Source of the DNA: an uncultured virus (IMG/VR IMGVR_UViG_3300008113_000179)
Taxonomy: Duplodnaviria; Heunggongvirae; Uroviricota; Caudoviricetes
Strand: one strand, 5' to 3'
Virus record (IMG/VR): IMGVR_UViG_3300008113_000179
Length of the DNA stretch: 64,000 nt
Part shown: positions 39,516-51,272 of the stretch, in pieces
How the letters are laid out: each line of letters starts with the position of its first letter
Numbering within the stretch: position 1 is the stretch's first letter
Made by a program: the position numbers and the translations under genes
The notes under the pieces: generated by a model
Databases searched by the model: none
What the model saw: the letters and a program-made list of their open reading frames with translations, nothing else
What the model was told of the DNA's origin: nothing

Positions 39516-39971
39516 ATGAATTGGTATGACAAGGTTAGTAAAGATATAAGCAACATTCCAGATGCTGCGGCCTATTATGAAGCTGAATTAATTCAAGCAA
39601 AACAAGATGTCCGCATAGCGGGTAACATCGAGAAGGCAAGTTCGCAAATGCCCGGCATTGTGGAAGAACGCTTTAATCAACTTCAAGAAATTGAAGGTAT
39701 CCTTGAGTACTTAAACATTGAACTTCGTAGACTTCGTAGTCAACACTTTCGCAAGTATCTTGAAAACTATCAACGAGCTTTATCTTCAAGGGACTGTGAA
39801 AAGTTCGTTGAAGGTGAAGCTGACGTTGTAGATTTTGAAAAGATTATCAACGACTTTGCTCTATTACGTAACAAGTGGTTGGGTATTATTAAAGCACTCG
39901 ATCAGAAACAATGGCATTTAAGCAATATTGTTAAACTACGAGTGTCTGGATTAGAAGACGCATCGCTATGA
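39516..39971 (+). CDS. uvsY: Recombination mediator (UvsY-like)
   Basis: Helical 151 aa, K.YLE.Y, K..VEGE.D, ..IIKAL..K.W...NIVK; adjacent to uvsX. Confidence 0.7.
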   Translation: MNWYDKVSKDISNIPDAAAYYEAELIQAKQDVRIAGNIEKASSQMPGIVEERFNQLQEIEGILEYLNIELRRLRSQHFRKYLENYQRALSSRDCEKFVEGEADVVDFEKIINDFALLRNKWLGIIKALDQKQWHLSNIVKLRVSGLEDASL

Positions 39972-40933
39972 ACATCTTAGTAACAGGTGGATTAGGGCTT
40001 ATTGGTCATAACGTAGTTCGACGACTGCAGACACAGGGCCACACAGTAAGTATCATTGATACAAAAACCAATTACGACATTATTCCTCAGGAAGAAATCG
40101 ATTATCTTATAGCACAACGTTCACAGGGATTAGACTTGACAAAATACTATTGTCTTGACATTGTGAATAAATGGACCATGGAGTCATGCTTTAGTATCGA
40201 TAAGCCCGAAATAGTCATACACATGGCCAGTTTCCCCCGACAGAAGGTAGTGAATGCTCACCCAGGCCGCGGCAGCCGAACCATGTCAGAAGGCTTGTTG
40301 AATCTCCTGGACCACAGCAACATGTATGAAGTTCGAAAATTTATCTATATTTCAAGTTCAATGGTCTACGGTGATTTCAAAGATGATGTCACAGAAGATG
40401 CAGAGTGCAGCCCGCAAGGACAATATGGTATTCTTAAACTAGCAGGGGAATGGTTGGTCAAAGATTATGCTCGTCGTACTAATCTTGCTTATACTATCAT
40501 ACGACCCAGTGCAGTCTACGGTCCCCTTGATGTAGAAGACCGTGTGATAAGCAAGTTTATTCTCAATGCCATGCGAGGCATTCCACTCAAAGTCAACGGT
40601 GCCAGCGAAACACTAGATTTTACCTATGTAGACGATGCTGCCGACGGAATTGTTGCTGCCGCTCTTTCTGATCGCACAGACAACAAGACCTATAACATTA
40701 CCAAAAGCCACAGCCACAGCCTATTAGATGCTGCCAATCTAGCAGTCAAGGTTGCAGGTAAGGGTGACATCATTGTAGGCAATCGTGATTTGGATTTTCC
40801 CAGCAGAGGTGCTCTAAACATTGATGCTGCTCGCAGAGATTTTGGATTTGATCCAAAAGTTGATGTAGCCGAGGGTTTTGAGATATATTATAACTGGATT
40901 AAAAATTCAGAATATTGGAAGAACAATCTATGA
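39968..40933 (+). CDS. NAD-dependent nucleotide-sugar epimerase/dehydratase
   Basis: ILVTGGLGLIG, SSSMVYG, YGILK (YxxxK), R...VYGP, DFTYVDD. Confidence 0.92.
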   Translation: MNILVTGGLGLIGHNVVRRLQTQGHTVSIIDTKTNYDIIPQEEIDYLIAQRSQGLDLTKYYCLDIVNKWTMESCFSIDKPEIVIHMASFPRQKVVNAHPGRGSRTMSEGLLNLLDHSNMYEVRKFIYISSSMVYGDFKDDVTEDAECSPQGQYGILKLAGEWLVKDYARRTNLAYTIIRPSAVYGPLDVEDRVISKFILNAMRGIPLKVNGASETLDFTYVDDAADGIVAAALSDRTDNKTYNITKSHSHSLLDAANLAVKVAGKGDIIVGNRDLDFPSRGALNIDAARRDFGFDPKVDVAEGFEIYYNWIKNSEYWKNNL

Positions 40934-41679
40934 AAGATACATTTGTAATTACTACTTTTAGTAAAACCAATTACGAAGAATATGCTGAAAAAACTGTTGC
41001 ATCTTGGAAAAAGAATTGGCCTAGTAATTGGAAATTAGTTACTGTTGATGCCGAAGTTGATATTGGTGAAGATATAAAACTAGATTGTCCTGAAAAACAT
41101 GCATGGATAGATTTGGTCAACACAACAGGAATAAAAAACACTCCACCCAAAGGGCATTTAAAACAATGGGAAAAGTTTTGTCATAAATCGTGGGCACAAA
41201 TTACTGCGTTTGAAGAATTAAAATCCGGTTATGTTATTTGGCTAGATGCCGATGTTCAATTTTTAAGCATGCCGCCTGTTGATTTGGTAGAAAAAGAAAT
41301 AGCTGGAATGTTCAGTGGATATTTAGGAAGAGATCAATATATTCATAAAAGCAAAGACGGTATGCATTCAGCTCCAGAAACTGGAATTATATTTTATGAT
41401 TTAGACCATCAATATGCAAACACGCATTTTTCTAAATTAAAAGAAGTTTATTCAGATCTCAATCTATTCGAATATCCTGCATGGAGCGACGAAGTAATTT
41501 ATGGGTTACTTAGAGATTTAAATCCAGCAGTATATAAATCAATGACTCCGATACATTCAAGATTTCCGCTACCTATTAGCCATTTATCAAAATATTTCGA
41601 ACACTGGATGGGCACAGGTAAAATGTATTTTAAAGATGTTCAGGGACTAAAATATAAAAATAAAACCAAAACTTCTTAA
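40930..41679 (+). CDS. Putative GT-A glycosyltransferase, family A paralogue
   Basis: F.HK..A, WLDAD (DxD), ETG.I.Y, H..G..K motifs shared with 47413, 48128 and the C-half of 45030. Confidence 0.65.
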   Translation: MKDTFVITTFSKTNYEEYAEKTVASWKKNWPSNWKLVTVDAEVDIGEDIKLDCPEKHAWIDLVNTTGIKNTPPKGHLKQWEKFCHKSWAQITAFEELKSGYVIWLDADVQFLSMPPVDLVEKEIAGMFSGYLGRDQYIHKSKDGMHSAPETGIIFYDLDHQYANTHFSKLKEVYSDLNLFEYPAWSDEVIYGLLRDLNPAVYKSMTPIHSRFPLPISHLSKYFEHWMGTGKMYFKDVQGLKYKNKTKTS

Positions 41680-42317
41680 TTTTTAAATATATAGATTATT
41701 TGATATTCGTCAAATATTGGATATATTTTTTTATTTTGCAGGTACTGATATATTGCACGTCCTTTACCAGTTCTAGTTCCGTTAAGTAAAAAAGAATTGT
41801 CATCAATTGCAACAACACAATTTTTAAGATAAGGTTCGATTGCTAAAAACTCTTGTAAATGATGATTGGCGCTTGGTTTATCGTTTTGCCAATCAACATC
41901 GTAGCTATCTAAATAAAAAAGATCAACATTTTCCAAGTCACGTAACGATTTAAGCCAGTCCACGCTGTCACTACAAACAGATTTATAGTATCGATTATCT
42001 ATAAACTGATTAGCAATATTGACTGCTTGTTGGGATATATCTACAGATCTTACAAACCCGTCGTGTTGTTTGACTAGCTCAGAAAATAAAAATCCGCTGT
42101 TGCCATCTCTCCAATTTCCTGGATCTCTAACAGTTCCTGTTTCAATAATTTGAAATTCTTTTTCTTTTATTTTAAAAAGTTCTTCAAAAATAATTGAAAA
42201 CCCTTTACTTCGATCGTAAGGGTTTACTTTTAATCCTCGTTTTGGTCCGTTAATCTTTAAAGAAAGTTTTTCTTTGTATAATAAATTATAATTGTCTATC
42301 CAATTGGTCACATTCAT
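41676..42317 (-). CDS. Class I SAM-dependent methyltransferase
   Basis: IIETGT, SVDIS, DSV..L, DLFYLDS, V.IDD. Confidence 0.75.
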   Translation of the reverse strand: MNVTNWIDNYNLLYKEKLSLKINGPKRGLKVNPYDRSKGFSIIFEELFKIKEKEFQIIETGTVRDPGNWRDGNSGFLFSELVKQHDGFVRSVDISQQAVNIANQFIDNRYYKSVCSDSVDWLKSLRDLENVDLFYLDSYDVDWQNDKPSANHHLQEFLAIEPYLKNCVVAIDDNSFLLNGTRTGKGRAIYQYLQNKKIYPIFDEYQIIYIFKN

Positions 42318-42320
42318 TCC

Positions 42321-42785
42321 TTAATTATTAAAATCAATACGTTTCTTAGATTTTGCAGGAGATCCAGCGTACAGATATCCGCCTTCGTATACTCCCGGCA
42401 AAAGTACAGATCCGGCTCCTATTACAGCATAATCACCGATAGTGCATGGTCCCATTATAACCGAATGGCTGGATATCCATACACCTTTACCGATAACTAT
42501 ATCACCGCCTTCTTTAGGATGTTGTTTTCTAATTTGGTCTTTTTGAGTAATATCGTGGGTTCCAGTTAGTACCGATACATGATTTCCAAAAAAAGTATGA
42601 TCGCCTATAACTACGGTTCCTGAAGAGAGGTTAAAAAAAGTATTAACTAACTCGACACTTGCCCCACAGCGTAATCGCTTTGTTGATCCCCAAAAGGATG
42701 GAGTTCTTAATAGTCGTTGACTAATTAAGGGAGTTAATAACTCGGCTAGTTTGTTCAAATCGTCATTTGAGAAATTATTTTGCAT
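42321..42785 (-). CDS. Hexapeptide-repeat O-acyl/acetyltransferase
   Basis: VIGDHTFFG..V.VLTGTHD, IVIGKGVWI, IGDYAVIGAGSV, YAGSPAK. Confidence 0.9.
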   Translation of the reverse strand: MQNNFSNDDLNKLAELLTPLISQRLLRTPSFWGSTKRLRCGASVELVNTFFNLSSGTVVIGDHTFFGNHVSVLTGTHDITQKDQIRKQHPKEGGDIVIGKGVWISSHSVIMGPCTIGDYAVIGAGSVLLPGVYEGGYLYAGSPAKSKKRIDFNN

Positions 42786-42797
42786 ACTAGTCCGGGA

Positions 42798-43415
42798 TTA
42801 TTCCTTGTACCAAAGAAAGTCGACACCGTGTGTTAGTATACACGTATACCCCAATTCTGACATATAATTATGATATGTATTATCGCCTCGTTGATAAGCA
42901 TTATCTTCAAGACAAATATAAGAAATCCTCTGCTCCGTCCAGTCGATACATTTTAATATAGGAAGCTCGGCTCCTTCTACATCGATCTGTAAATAATCAA
43001 TGTGTAACGGAAGTTCTAAACTATTCCAAGATTTGCAGGAAAGTTTAATCACGTTGACCTGGGACGATGTATAGGTATCTACGGTCGATGAGCTACTTTC
43101 TAATAGTTTTCGATGTAACTCGTCGTATGATTCAACAATTCCGTTCCACTCTGGTTTGTCTGGAAAAAGAGCATAATCAACTTCTCCGTCATGGTCGTAT
43201 ACAGCAACATTTATACAACGACATTTTCTATTTTGAATTAGTTGTTCGTAACTTGGAGGAGACGCTTCGATGCAAACTCCGTCCCAACCTGCATTTTCTA
43301 AAATAATAGTGCTATTTTTCTTTCGACCATCCCATGCACCGATCTCTACATAAAATCCAGGGTTTTCTTTCCAAATGGTATCGAAAAATATACGACTGAG
43401 TCTAGGTTCTTTCAT
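42798..43415 (-). CDS. FkbM-family methyltransferase
   Basis: FYVEIGA.DG, GW.G.CIE, IDYLQIDVEGAE. Confidence 0.9.
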   Translation of the reverse strand: MKEPRLSRIFFDTIWKENPGFYVEIGAWDGRKKNSTIILENAGWDGVCIEASPPSYEQLIQNRKCRCINVAVYDHDGEVDYALFPDKPEWNGIVESYDELHRKLLESSSSTVDTYTSSQVNVIKLSCKSWNSLELPLHIDYLQIDVEGAELPILKCIDWTEQRISYICLEDNAYQRGDNTYHNYMSELGYTCILTHGVDFLWYKE

Positions 43416-43433
43416 TGTGCCTTCCTTATAAAA

Positions 43434-43464
43434 TATTTATCACTATAATATACCCAGATAAATA
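43434..43464. promoter_or_regulatory. Divergent late promoter cores inside the glycan island
   Basis: TATTTA at 43434-43439 and TAAATA at 43459-43464 (5 nt before ATG 43470). Confidence 0.65.
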
Positions 43465-43469
43465 TCTGC

Positions 43470-44231
43470 ATGAAAACAATTGTAATTGCAACAGGTGGAT
43501 TTGACCCCATTCATTCAGGTCATATTAATTACGTTAAAGAGGCTAAAAAACTAGGCGATGTTTTGATCGTGGGAGCAAACTCCGATACCTGGTTACGCCG
43601 TAAAAAGGGGCAAGAGTTTATGCCCTGGGACGAACGTGCTAGTATTCTAAGTGCTATTAAAGATGTAGACCGTGTTATCAACTTTGACGACTCAGACGGT
43701 AGTGCAAAAGACGCTATTAGAAAAGTAAGATCAATATATCCCAACGATAAAATTGTATTTGCCAACGGCGGCGATAGAACAGATAAAAATATTCCAGAGA
43801 TGGATTTAGCCGACAATAATATTGAGTTTGCATTTGGTGTCGGCGGCTTTAATAAAGCAAATTCAAGTTCTTGGATTTTACAAGAATGGAAAGCTCCTAA
43901 GACTCTACGCCAGTGGGGCTACTATCGTGTGCTACATGAAGTGGCTGGTATGAAAGTTAAAGAGCTTACTGTGGAACCTGGTAAAAGTCTGAGTATGCAA
44001 CGCCATCAATTACGTGCAGAGTACTGGATGGTTAGTGAAGGTGAGTGTGTAGTTAACTCTATGATGCCGAACGGGTATGCATTGCCATCAAAGCATTTAA
44101 CTAAACATCAAGAATTTAAAATTCCTGTCACCGAATGGCACCAATTAACTAATCCATTTAAAGTTCCGTGCAAGATTGTAGAAATACAATACGGTGAACA
44201 ATGCGTTGAAGAGGACATTGAACGAAAATGA
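43470..44231 (+). CDS. Cytidylyl/adenylyltransferase (HxGH, RfaE/TagD-like) fused to a mannose-6-phosphate isomerase-type cupin
   Basis: GGFDPIHSGH, NSD.WL.RKKG, FANGGDR; then R.WG.Y.VL, VKEL.V.PG.SLS.Q.H..R.E.W, EIQ.G..C.EEDI.R. Confidence 0.9.
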   Translation: MKTIVIATGGFDPIHSGHINYVKEAKKLGDVLIVGANSDTWLRRKKGQEFMPWDERASILSAIKDVDRVINFDDSDGSAKDAIRKVRSIYPNDKIVFANGGDRTDKNIPEMDLADNNIEFAFGVGGFNKANSSSWILQEWKAPKTLRQWGYYRVLHEVAGMKVKELTVEPGKSLSMQRHQLRAEYWMVSEGECVVNSMMPNGYALPSKHLTKHQEFKIPVTEWHQLTNPFKVPCKIVEIQYGEQCVEEDIERK

Positions 44232-45040
44232 AATTAAACGATTGGATCTTCCTTAGTAAGGAAGGCAAAGATGAGTATATTAATATGTTTGCTATTGGAA
44301 GTGGCGGACGTGTTGTTTCTTCGGACGAGTTTAACTATGAAGATACTCCTGACCACCCGATAGTAATGCGTGGTATTTTAAAACATAAAATTATGAAACG
44401 CTGCTGGTTAGGTGGCAGAGATTTTTATTATATGGATACCGGATATCTAGGAAATCAAAAAAGTCCGTTAAACCCCATGGGCTGGAAACACTGGCACCGC
44501 GTGGTGAAAAATGATTTGCAACACGGCAACATAGTTCCAAGACCGGGTGATAGATTTGAAAGATTACATATTCCAATAAGCAAGTGGAAGAAAGACGGAA
44601 GCAAAATTCTAATTGCTAAACCAGATGAAAAACCTTGTATTTTTTACGGAATCAATCTTGACGAGTGGGTCAGCGAAACTATTGAGACAATAAAAAAATA
44701 TACCGATCGACCTATTGAAGTTAGAGAACGGGCTAAAGAAAGAATTGCACGGGTAGAACATAATACACTAAAAGATGCACTTGATAGAGATGTATTTGCA
44801 TTAGTCACATTCAACAGTGTTGCAGCAACAGAAGCTGTTCTGCATGGCATTCCCTCATTTACACTGGCACCATCAAACGCTGCCAGTCCAGTATGCTTAC
44901 AAGATTTAAGTAAAATAGAAACACCTTATTATCCTGACAAAGATAAAGTGTATGCATGGGCTTCCCATCTTGCCTATGGTCAATATCATATCGACGAATT
45001 AAAAAATGGTGACGCTTGGAGATTATTAAATGGATTATGA
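44228..45040 (+). CDS. Putative GT-B-like glycosyltransferase, family B paralogue (capsule KpsS/KpsC-like C-terminus)
   Basis: TDR.I.VR, VTFNS.AA.EA.L.GIP, W...LAY.Q....E...G shared with 46481 and 50402. Confidence 0.55.
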   Translation: MKLNDWIFLSKEGKDEYINMFAIGSGGRVVSSDEFNYEDTPDHPIVMRGILKHKIMKRCWLGGRDFYYMDTGYLGNQKSPLNPMGWKHWHRVVKNDLQHGNIVPRPGDRFERLHIPISKWKKDGSKILIAKPDEKPCIFYGINLDEWVSETIETIKKYTDRPIEVRERAKERIARVEHNTLKDALDRDVFALVTFNSVAATEAVLHGIPSFTLAPSNAASPVCLQDLSKIETPYYPDKDKVYAWASHLAYGQYHIDELKNGDAWRLLNGL

Positions 45041-46484
45041 TATGTTACCAATTTTTATTGGTTATGACAGCCGAGAGGATATTGCTTATCGAGTATGTGA
45101 ATATTCTATATACAAACACACACCCGAAGCTGAAGTTAAACCCTTGAAACAAGATGTACTACGTAAAGAAGGGCACTATACTAGAGCCAAAGATGAATTA
45201 AGTTCTACAGAATTTACCTTTACTAGATTCATGGTTCCATACTTGATGGAGTACAAAGGGTGGGCATTATTTTGTGATTGTGATTTTGTTTGGACTGAAG
45301 ATATTAAACAGTTGTTTCAAAAAACAGATCCTAAATATGCAGTAATGGTAGTAAAGCACAATCATACGCCAAGTAGTACTACTAAGATGGACGGAGCTCA
45401 ACAAACGCAGTATCCTAGAAAAAATTGGTCAAGTATGGTGCTATGGAATTGTGCGCACCCGCAAAATCAAACTCTAACACTTGATAAAGTTAACTCGGCC
45501 TCCGGTCAGTTCTTACATAGATTTGAATGGCTCAATGACGATGAAATTGGCGAATTAGATATACGATATAATTTTTTAGTTGGGTGGAATAAAGAAAGTG
45601 CGGTCGGTAAACCAGTTGCGTATCATTGGACTGAAGGCGGCCCATGGTTTCCTGCCTACAAAGATTGTGAATATAAAGATGTCTGGTATCAATACCTAAT
45701 AGATTATACACAAGAATTAGCATTAAACAATACACAAACCCATACCGCAATAACTTGGGTCACTTCTTTATCTAGATCTTACTATGAAGAAATTGCCAAT
45801 CTAACAATGCCGTCGTGGGGAGACCTACCGGGCGATCTTGTTATTGTATGGGACGATAAACCTGTCGATTTAGGATTTGGAAAAGTATTTAATTTTTGGA
45901 AGGATGTAGTGACTCCGGAAGATCCGTGGATTAAAGAAGGCATGGGTGGCACAAAAGCAGATCGTTTCTGGAAAAAGAGTCGGGTTCAAATATGGGCTGC
46001 AAGAAAATATAGAGGTTTAGTAGTTTGGATTGATGCTGACATTATGCTAACCAAACGACTAACAAAATCAGAAGCTATTGAAAAATTGCATCCTAGACAG
46101 GATCTGTGGGGAACTTTAAACTGTGGCGATGACTTTCATGGAAAAGATTTTATCGATACCGGTATTGTAGCATTTAATACAAGACATGAACATTTTGAAG
46201 AATTTATTAGAGATTATTCGTTGATGTGGTACGATGGTAGGATTTACAACTTGCCACAGCCGTATGATCATTATGCTGTTACCGAGCTACGAAATAAATG
46301 GAAAATGAAAACATATGTCCCTCATTTTAGTACATGGACTACAACGCATTCTGATATTATAAATCGATATGCCATGGAAAATAGCTATCTCAAAGATAAT
46401 TTTAAACATTATCTTGGAATTGATAATAAAAATCTCTTAAACGATTCTGCCGGTCGGCCAGTTAAAGAAAAGAAGAAAAAATGA
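45030..46484 (+). CDS. Two-domain glycosyltransferase (N: nucleotide-diphospho-sugar transferase; C: family A GT-A domain)
   Basis: IFIGYDSRE, STEFTFTRF, FCDCDF, YPRKNWSS, H.T.GGPWF; C-half F.KK, WIDAD, DTG.VAF. Confidence 0.8.
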   Translation: MDYDMLPIFIGYDSREDIAYRVCEYSIYKHTPEAEVKPLKQDVLRKEGHYTRAKDELSSTEFTFTRFMVPYLMEYKGWALFCDCDFVWTEDIKQLFQKTDPKYAVMVVKHNHTPSSTTKMDGAQQTQYPRKNWSSMVLWNCAHPQNQTLTLDKVNSASGQFLHRFEWLNDDEIGELDIRYNFLVGWNKESAVGKPVAYHWTEGGPWFPAYKDCEYKDVWYQYLIDYTQELALNNTQTHTAITWVTSLSRSYYEEIANLTMPSWGDLPGDLVIVWDDKPVDLGFGKVFNFWKDVVTPEDPWIKEGMGGTKADRFWKKSRVQIWAARKYRGLVVWIDADIMLTKRLTKSEAIEKLHPRQDLWGTLNCGDDFHGKDFIDTGIVAFNTRHEHFEEFIRDYSLMWYDGRIYNLPQPYDHYAVTELRNKWKMKTYVPHFSTWTTTHSDIINRYAMENSYLKDNFKHYLGIDNKNLLNDSAGRPVKEKKKK

Positions 46485-47416
46485 AAATAGTTGCCTATCT
46501 AAGTTGTTTGCCTCCAAACAATAAAAATTCAGAGAAGGGAGAAATACTTTCTCGGTTTGCAACCGGAGTAGCAACTTCTGAAGATGAGGTAGTAATACAT
46601 AACCAAATGACGTTAATAGAATGTGACGTTGCTGTCATGGTAGGCTGGGTGCATGAAAATTCAAAAAATACACCGCATTTGACATTTAGAAAAAATATTA
46701 TAGACACACAACATGTTACAGGAAAGCGTATTTTACTAGCAGATAGTAATTTATTTTTGTATAAAAATACAACAAATCCCGGACACTATTTGCGTTACAG
46801 TTTTGATGGAGTCTTTCCAAACACCGGCAATTATTGTGACAAAGATATTGACCCCAGTCGCTGGACAAAACTTTCTCATAATTTAAATGTTCCTTTAAAA
46901 GAATACAGAAATACCGGCGGCCATATTTTATTATGTTTACAGCGTAATGGTGGATGGAGTATGGGGTCATATGATGTTGTGGACTGGACTGCAAAAATTG
47001 TCCGCGAATTAAAATTACATACTGACAGAGAAATTGTTATTCGTGCTCATCCTGGAGACAGGGGATCACGAGATTATCTAAGCCCTAACAACCTAATGAA
47101 AAAAATTGGATTGTTAAAAGGAGTTCGATTATCTAAACCAGAAACATCATTAGTTGATGATTTAAAAAACTGTTGGGCTGTGGTAAATCATAATTCAAGC
47201 CCAGGTGTTGGTGCTGCTATTGAAGGGTATCCTGTATTTGTTACAGATCCTGAAAGAAGTCAATGCGCAGAAATTGCAAATTTAGATCTTGCACAAATAG
47301 AAAATCCCAATCTTCCAGATAGACAAAAATGGGCCGAACGGTTAGCAATGTTCCATTGGAACTTTGAAGAAATAACAAATGGAGATGCCTGGCGGCATAT
47401 GAGGAAGTACGTATGA
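46481..47416 (+). CDS. Putative GT-B-like glycosyltransferase, family B paralogue
   Basis: ILLCLQ, TDR.IVIRAHP, VVNHNSS..V.A.IEGYP, W...LA..HW..EE. Confidence 0.55.
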   Translation: MKIVAYLSCLPPNNKNSEKGEILSRFATGVATSEDEVVIHNQMTLIECDVAVMVGWVHENSKNTPHLTFRKNIIDTQHVTGKRILLADSNLFLYKNTTNPGHYLRYSFDGVFPNTGNYCDKDIDPSRWTKLSHNLNVPLKEYRNTGGHILLCLQRNGGWSMGSYDVVDWTAKIVRELKLHTDREIVIRAHPGDRGSRDYLSPNNLMKKIGLLKGVRLSKPETSLVDDLKNCWAVVNHNSSPGVGAAIEGYPVFVTDPERSQCAEIANLDLAQIENPNLPDRQKWAERLAMFHWNFEEITNGDAWRHMRKYV

Positions 47417-48127
47417 AAATTGAAATCATTACAAGTTTTAATGAACGATATTATAATGGCATTGGTAAAGAATGTGTAGAAACATGGTTAAAATACTGGC
47501 CAACTAATTTAAAACTAACCTGTTACGTAGAAGAATTTCAATTGCCTGAACAAGATAGAATAAAACAAATATCTTTTACAGAACTAGGCGTCGACTACGA
47601 AAATTTTCAAAAAGACCCAAAGTACAAAAATCGAGTAAAGATTTTTTCTAAAAAAGCATACAGTATAATTCATGCTTTTAAAAATTCAACTGCTGACAGA
47701 ATTATTTGGATAGATGCTGATGTACTAACGTTAAAAGACGTACCAATTGAGATTATAAAAAATTTATGTCCAACTGATACATTGTTGACATACATGAGAG
47801 TATGGCATCATCTAGACAAAGCAAATTTACAAAGTTCTTTAGTGCCTAGCGCCGAAAGTGGAGTTTTTGCAGTTAATACTGAACATCAAAGCTTTCATCA
47901 GTTTGCAGATAGATACGCAGAGTATTATAATAAAAGACTTGATAAGAATATTAGAAGATTTTACGACGGCGAAGTGTTAGGTGCAGTTGCAAAAGAATTT
48001 GAAACATCAAATAAAATTATAGATTTGTGCCAAGATTTCAAAAAACCCTATCGTACTCCTATAGGCCACACAATATTAGCACCATACCTTCACCATTATA
48101 AAGCAAAAGCTGCTAAGTCAGATTTTT

Positions 48128-48141
<14 letters not shown>
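47413..48141 (+). CDS. Putative GT-A glycosyltransferase, family A paralogue
   Basis: ITSFN..YY, W.KYWP, FSKK.Y, WIDAD, ESG.FA.N, HHYK. Confidence 0.65.
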
Positions 48142-49956
<1,815 letters not shown>

Positions 49957-49961
49957 TTATC

Positions 49962-50363
49962 CTATTGTTTAAATTTCCATAATTGATGTCGCTTTGCTAA
50001 ATCAACTAATTCGTAATGTGCTTGATCCACTATCCAGCGGGTAATTTTTTTATCAAGATGTTCGCCAGACCAAATCATGAGTGTTGGTTTGTGGTGTTGA
50101 AATATTGATCGAAATTCGGGCAAATGGCGCAGTCCAGCGGGTTCTACATATATTAGACCCGATTCAGGCATTAGACCAATGTCGCTTATTTGTTCTCGAT
50201 AAACAATATTTTTTTTCTTAACTAAAGGCACGGTTACAGAAAATGCAAAAACCGTTCCAAACGCTGCCGACAACGGGATTAACATGTCGTCAGACGCTTC
50301 GACAGCAATAGCTGTTTGCGTAGACCTAGCAAATTTCTTAAGTTTTTTAGTAACGTCACTCAT
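49962..50363 (-). CDS. Hypothetical protein (possibly a degenerate methyltransferase-like fold)
   Basis: 133-aa ORF heading the minus-strand gmd unit. Confidence 0.55.
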   Translation of the reverse strand: MSDVTKKLKKFARSTQTAIAVEASDDMLIPLSAAFGTVFAFSVTVPLVKKKNIVYREQISDIGLMPESGLIYVEPAGLRHLPEFRSIFQHHKPTLMIWSGEHLDKKITRWIVDQAHYELVDLAKRHQLWKFKQ

Positions 50364-50372
50364 GTTTTCAAT

Positions 50373-50390
50373 TAAATACTGTGTTATTTA
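50373..50390. promoter_or_regulatory. Overlapping divergent late promoter cores
   Basis: TAAATA at 50373-50378 (plus) and TATTTA at 50385-50390 (minus). Confidence 0.55.
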
Positions 50391-50401
50391 TAATCCATAA
50401 A

Positions 50402-51235
50402 ATGCGACTAAAAATTTATCGACAATTCGGCGCTCTCAACAGCCAACCTGTATTTGATGCATTTTCTGCTGGAGTGCTTGCATTGGGTCACGAAATAGTC
50501 GATACTAACGAAGATGTTGCAGTTATATGGTCAGTCCTTTGGCAAGGGCGTATGTTAAAGAATCAAATTGTATATCGAAATTGTATAACTCAAAATGTTC
50601 CAATAATGATTATTGAAGTAGGAAATTTATTACGAGGAGTTACCTGGAGATTGAGCTTGGGAAATATCAACGGAAATGGTATTTTTGCCAATCAAGAAAA
50701 TTTAGATAGAGATAGACCAGAAAAATTAAAAATTAAATTAAAACCCATCATTGAAAGTCGATCAAACGGTATTTTAATAGCTAGTCAGCATAAACATAGC
50801 CTGCAGTGGGAAGGAATGCCGACAATGGAAAAATGGATAGAAAAAACTGTTAAAAAAATTAGACAATATTCGGACAGAAAAATTATTGTAAGACCACATC
50901 CAAGATCTCCAATACAAATAACTTTGTTAGATGGAGTAGAAATAGAAACTCCAAAAAAATTGCCGGACAGCTATGACAATTTTGACATTGACTATAATTA
51001 TCATTGTGTTATAAATCATAATAGTGGGCCTGCTGTTCAAGCAGCCATTCACGGTACCCCAATAATTTGCGGTGAAAGTAGTCTGGCTCATTCAATTAGT
51101 GGAACTATAGAGAATTTAGAAAATATTTGTCTACCTCCACGAGAAGAGTGGTTTTTAAAATTAACTCATACAGAGTGGACTCTACAAGAATTGAGATTAG
51201 GCATCCCACAATCGCGACTAATTGCAACTATATAG
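50402..51235 (+). CDS. Putative GT-B-like glycosyltransferase, family B paralogue; start reassigned to 50402
   Basis: ILIA.Q, SDR.IIVRPHP, VINHNS.P.V.A.IHG.P, W...L..TEW...E...G. Confidence 0.55.
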   Translation: MRLKIYRQFGALNSQPVFDAFSAGVLALGHEIVDTNEDVAVIWSVLWQGRMLKNQIVYRNCITQNVPIMIIEVGNLLRGVTWRLSLGNINGNGIFANQENLDRDRPEKLKIKLKPIIESRSNGILIASQHKHSLQWEGMPTMEKWIEKTVKKIRQYSDRKIIVRPHPRSPIQITLLDGVEIETPKKLPDSYDNFDIDYNYHCVINHNSGPAVQAAIHGTPIICGESSLAHSISGTIENLENICLPPREEWFLKLTHTEWTLQELRLGIPQSRLIATI

Positions 51236-51238
51236 TTG

Positions 51239-51267
51239 TTGACATATAGAAGTTTATGTGTTATTAT
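51239..51267 (+). promoter_or_regulatory. sigma70-like promoter (extended -10)
   Basis: TTGACA-17 nt-TATTAT with TGn; ATG 5 nt downstream. Confidence 0.7.
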
Positions 51268-51272
51268 ATAGT

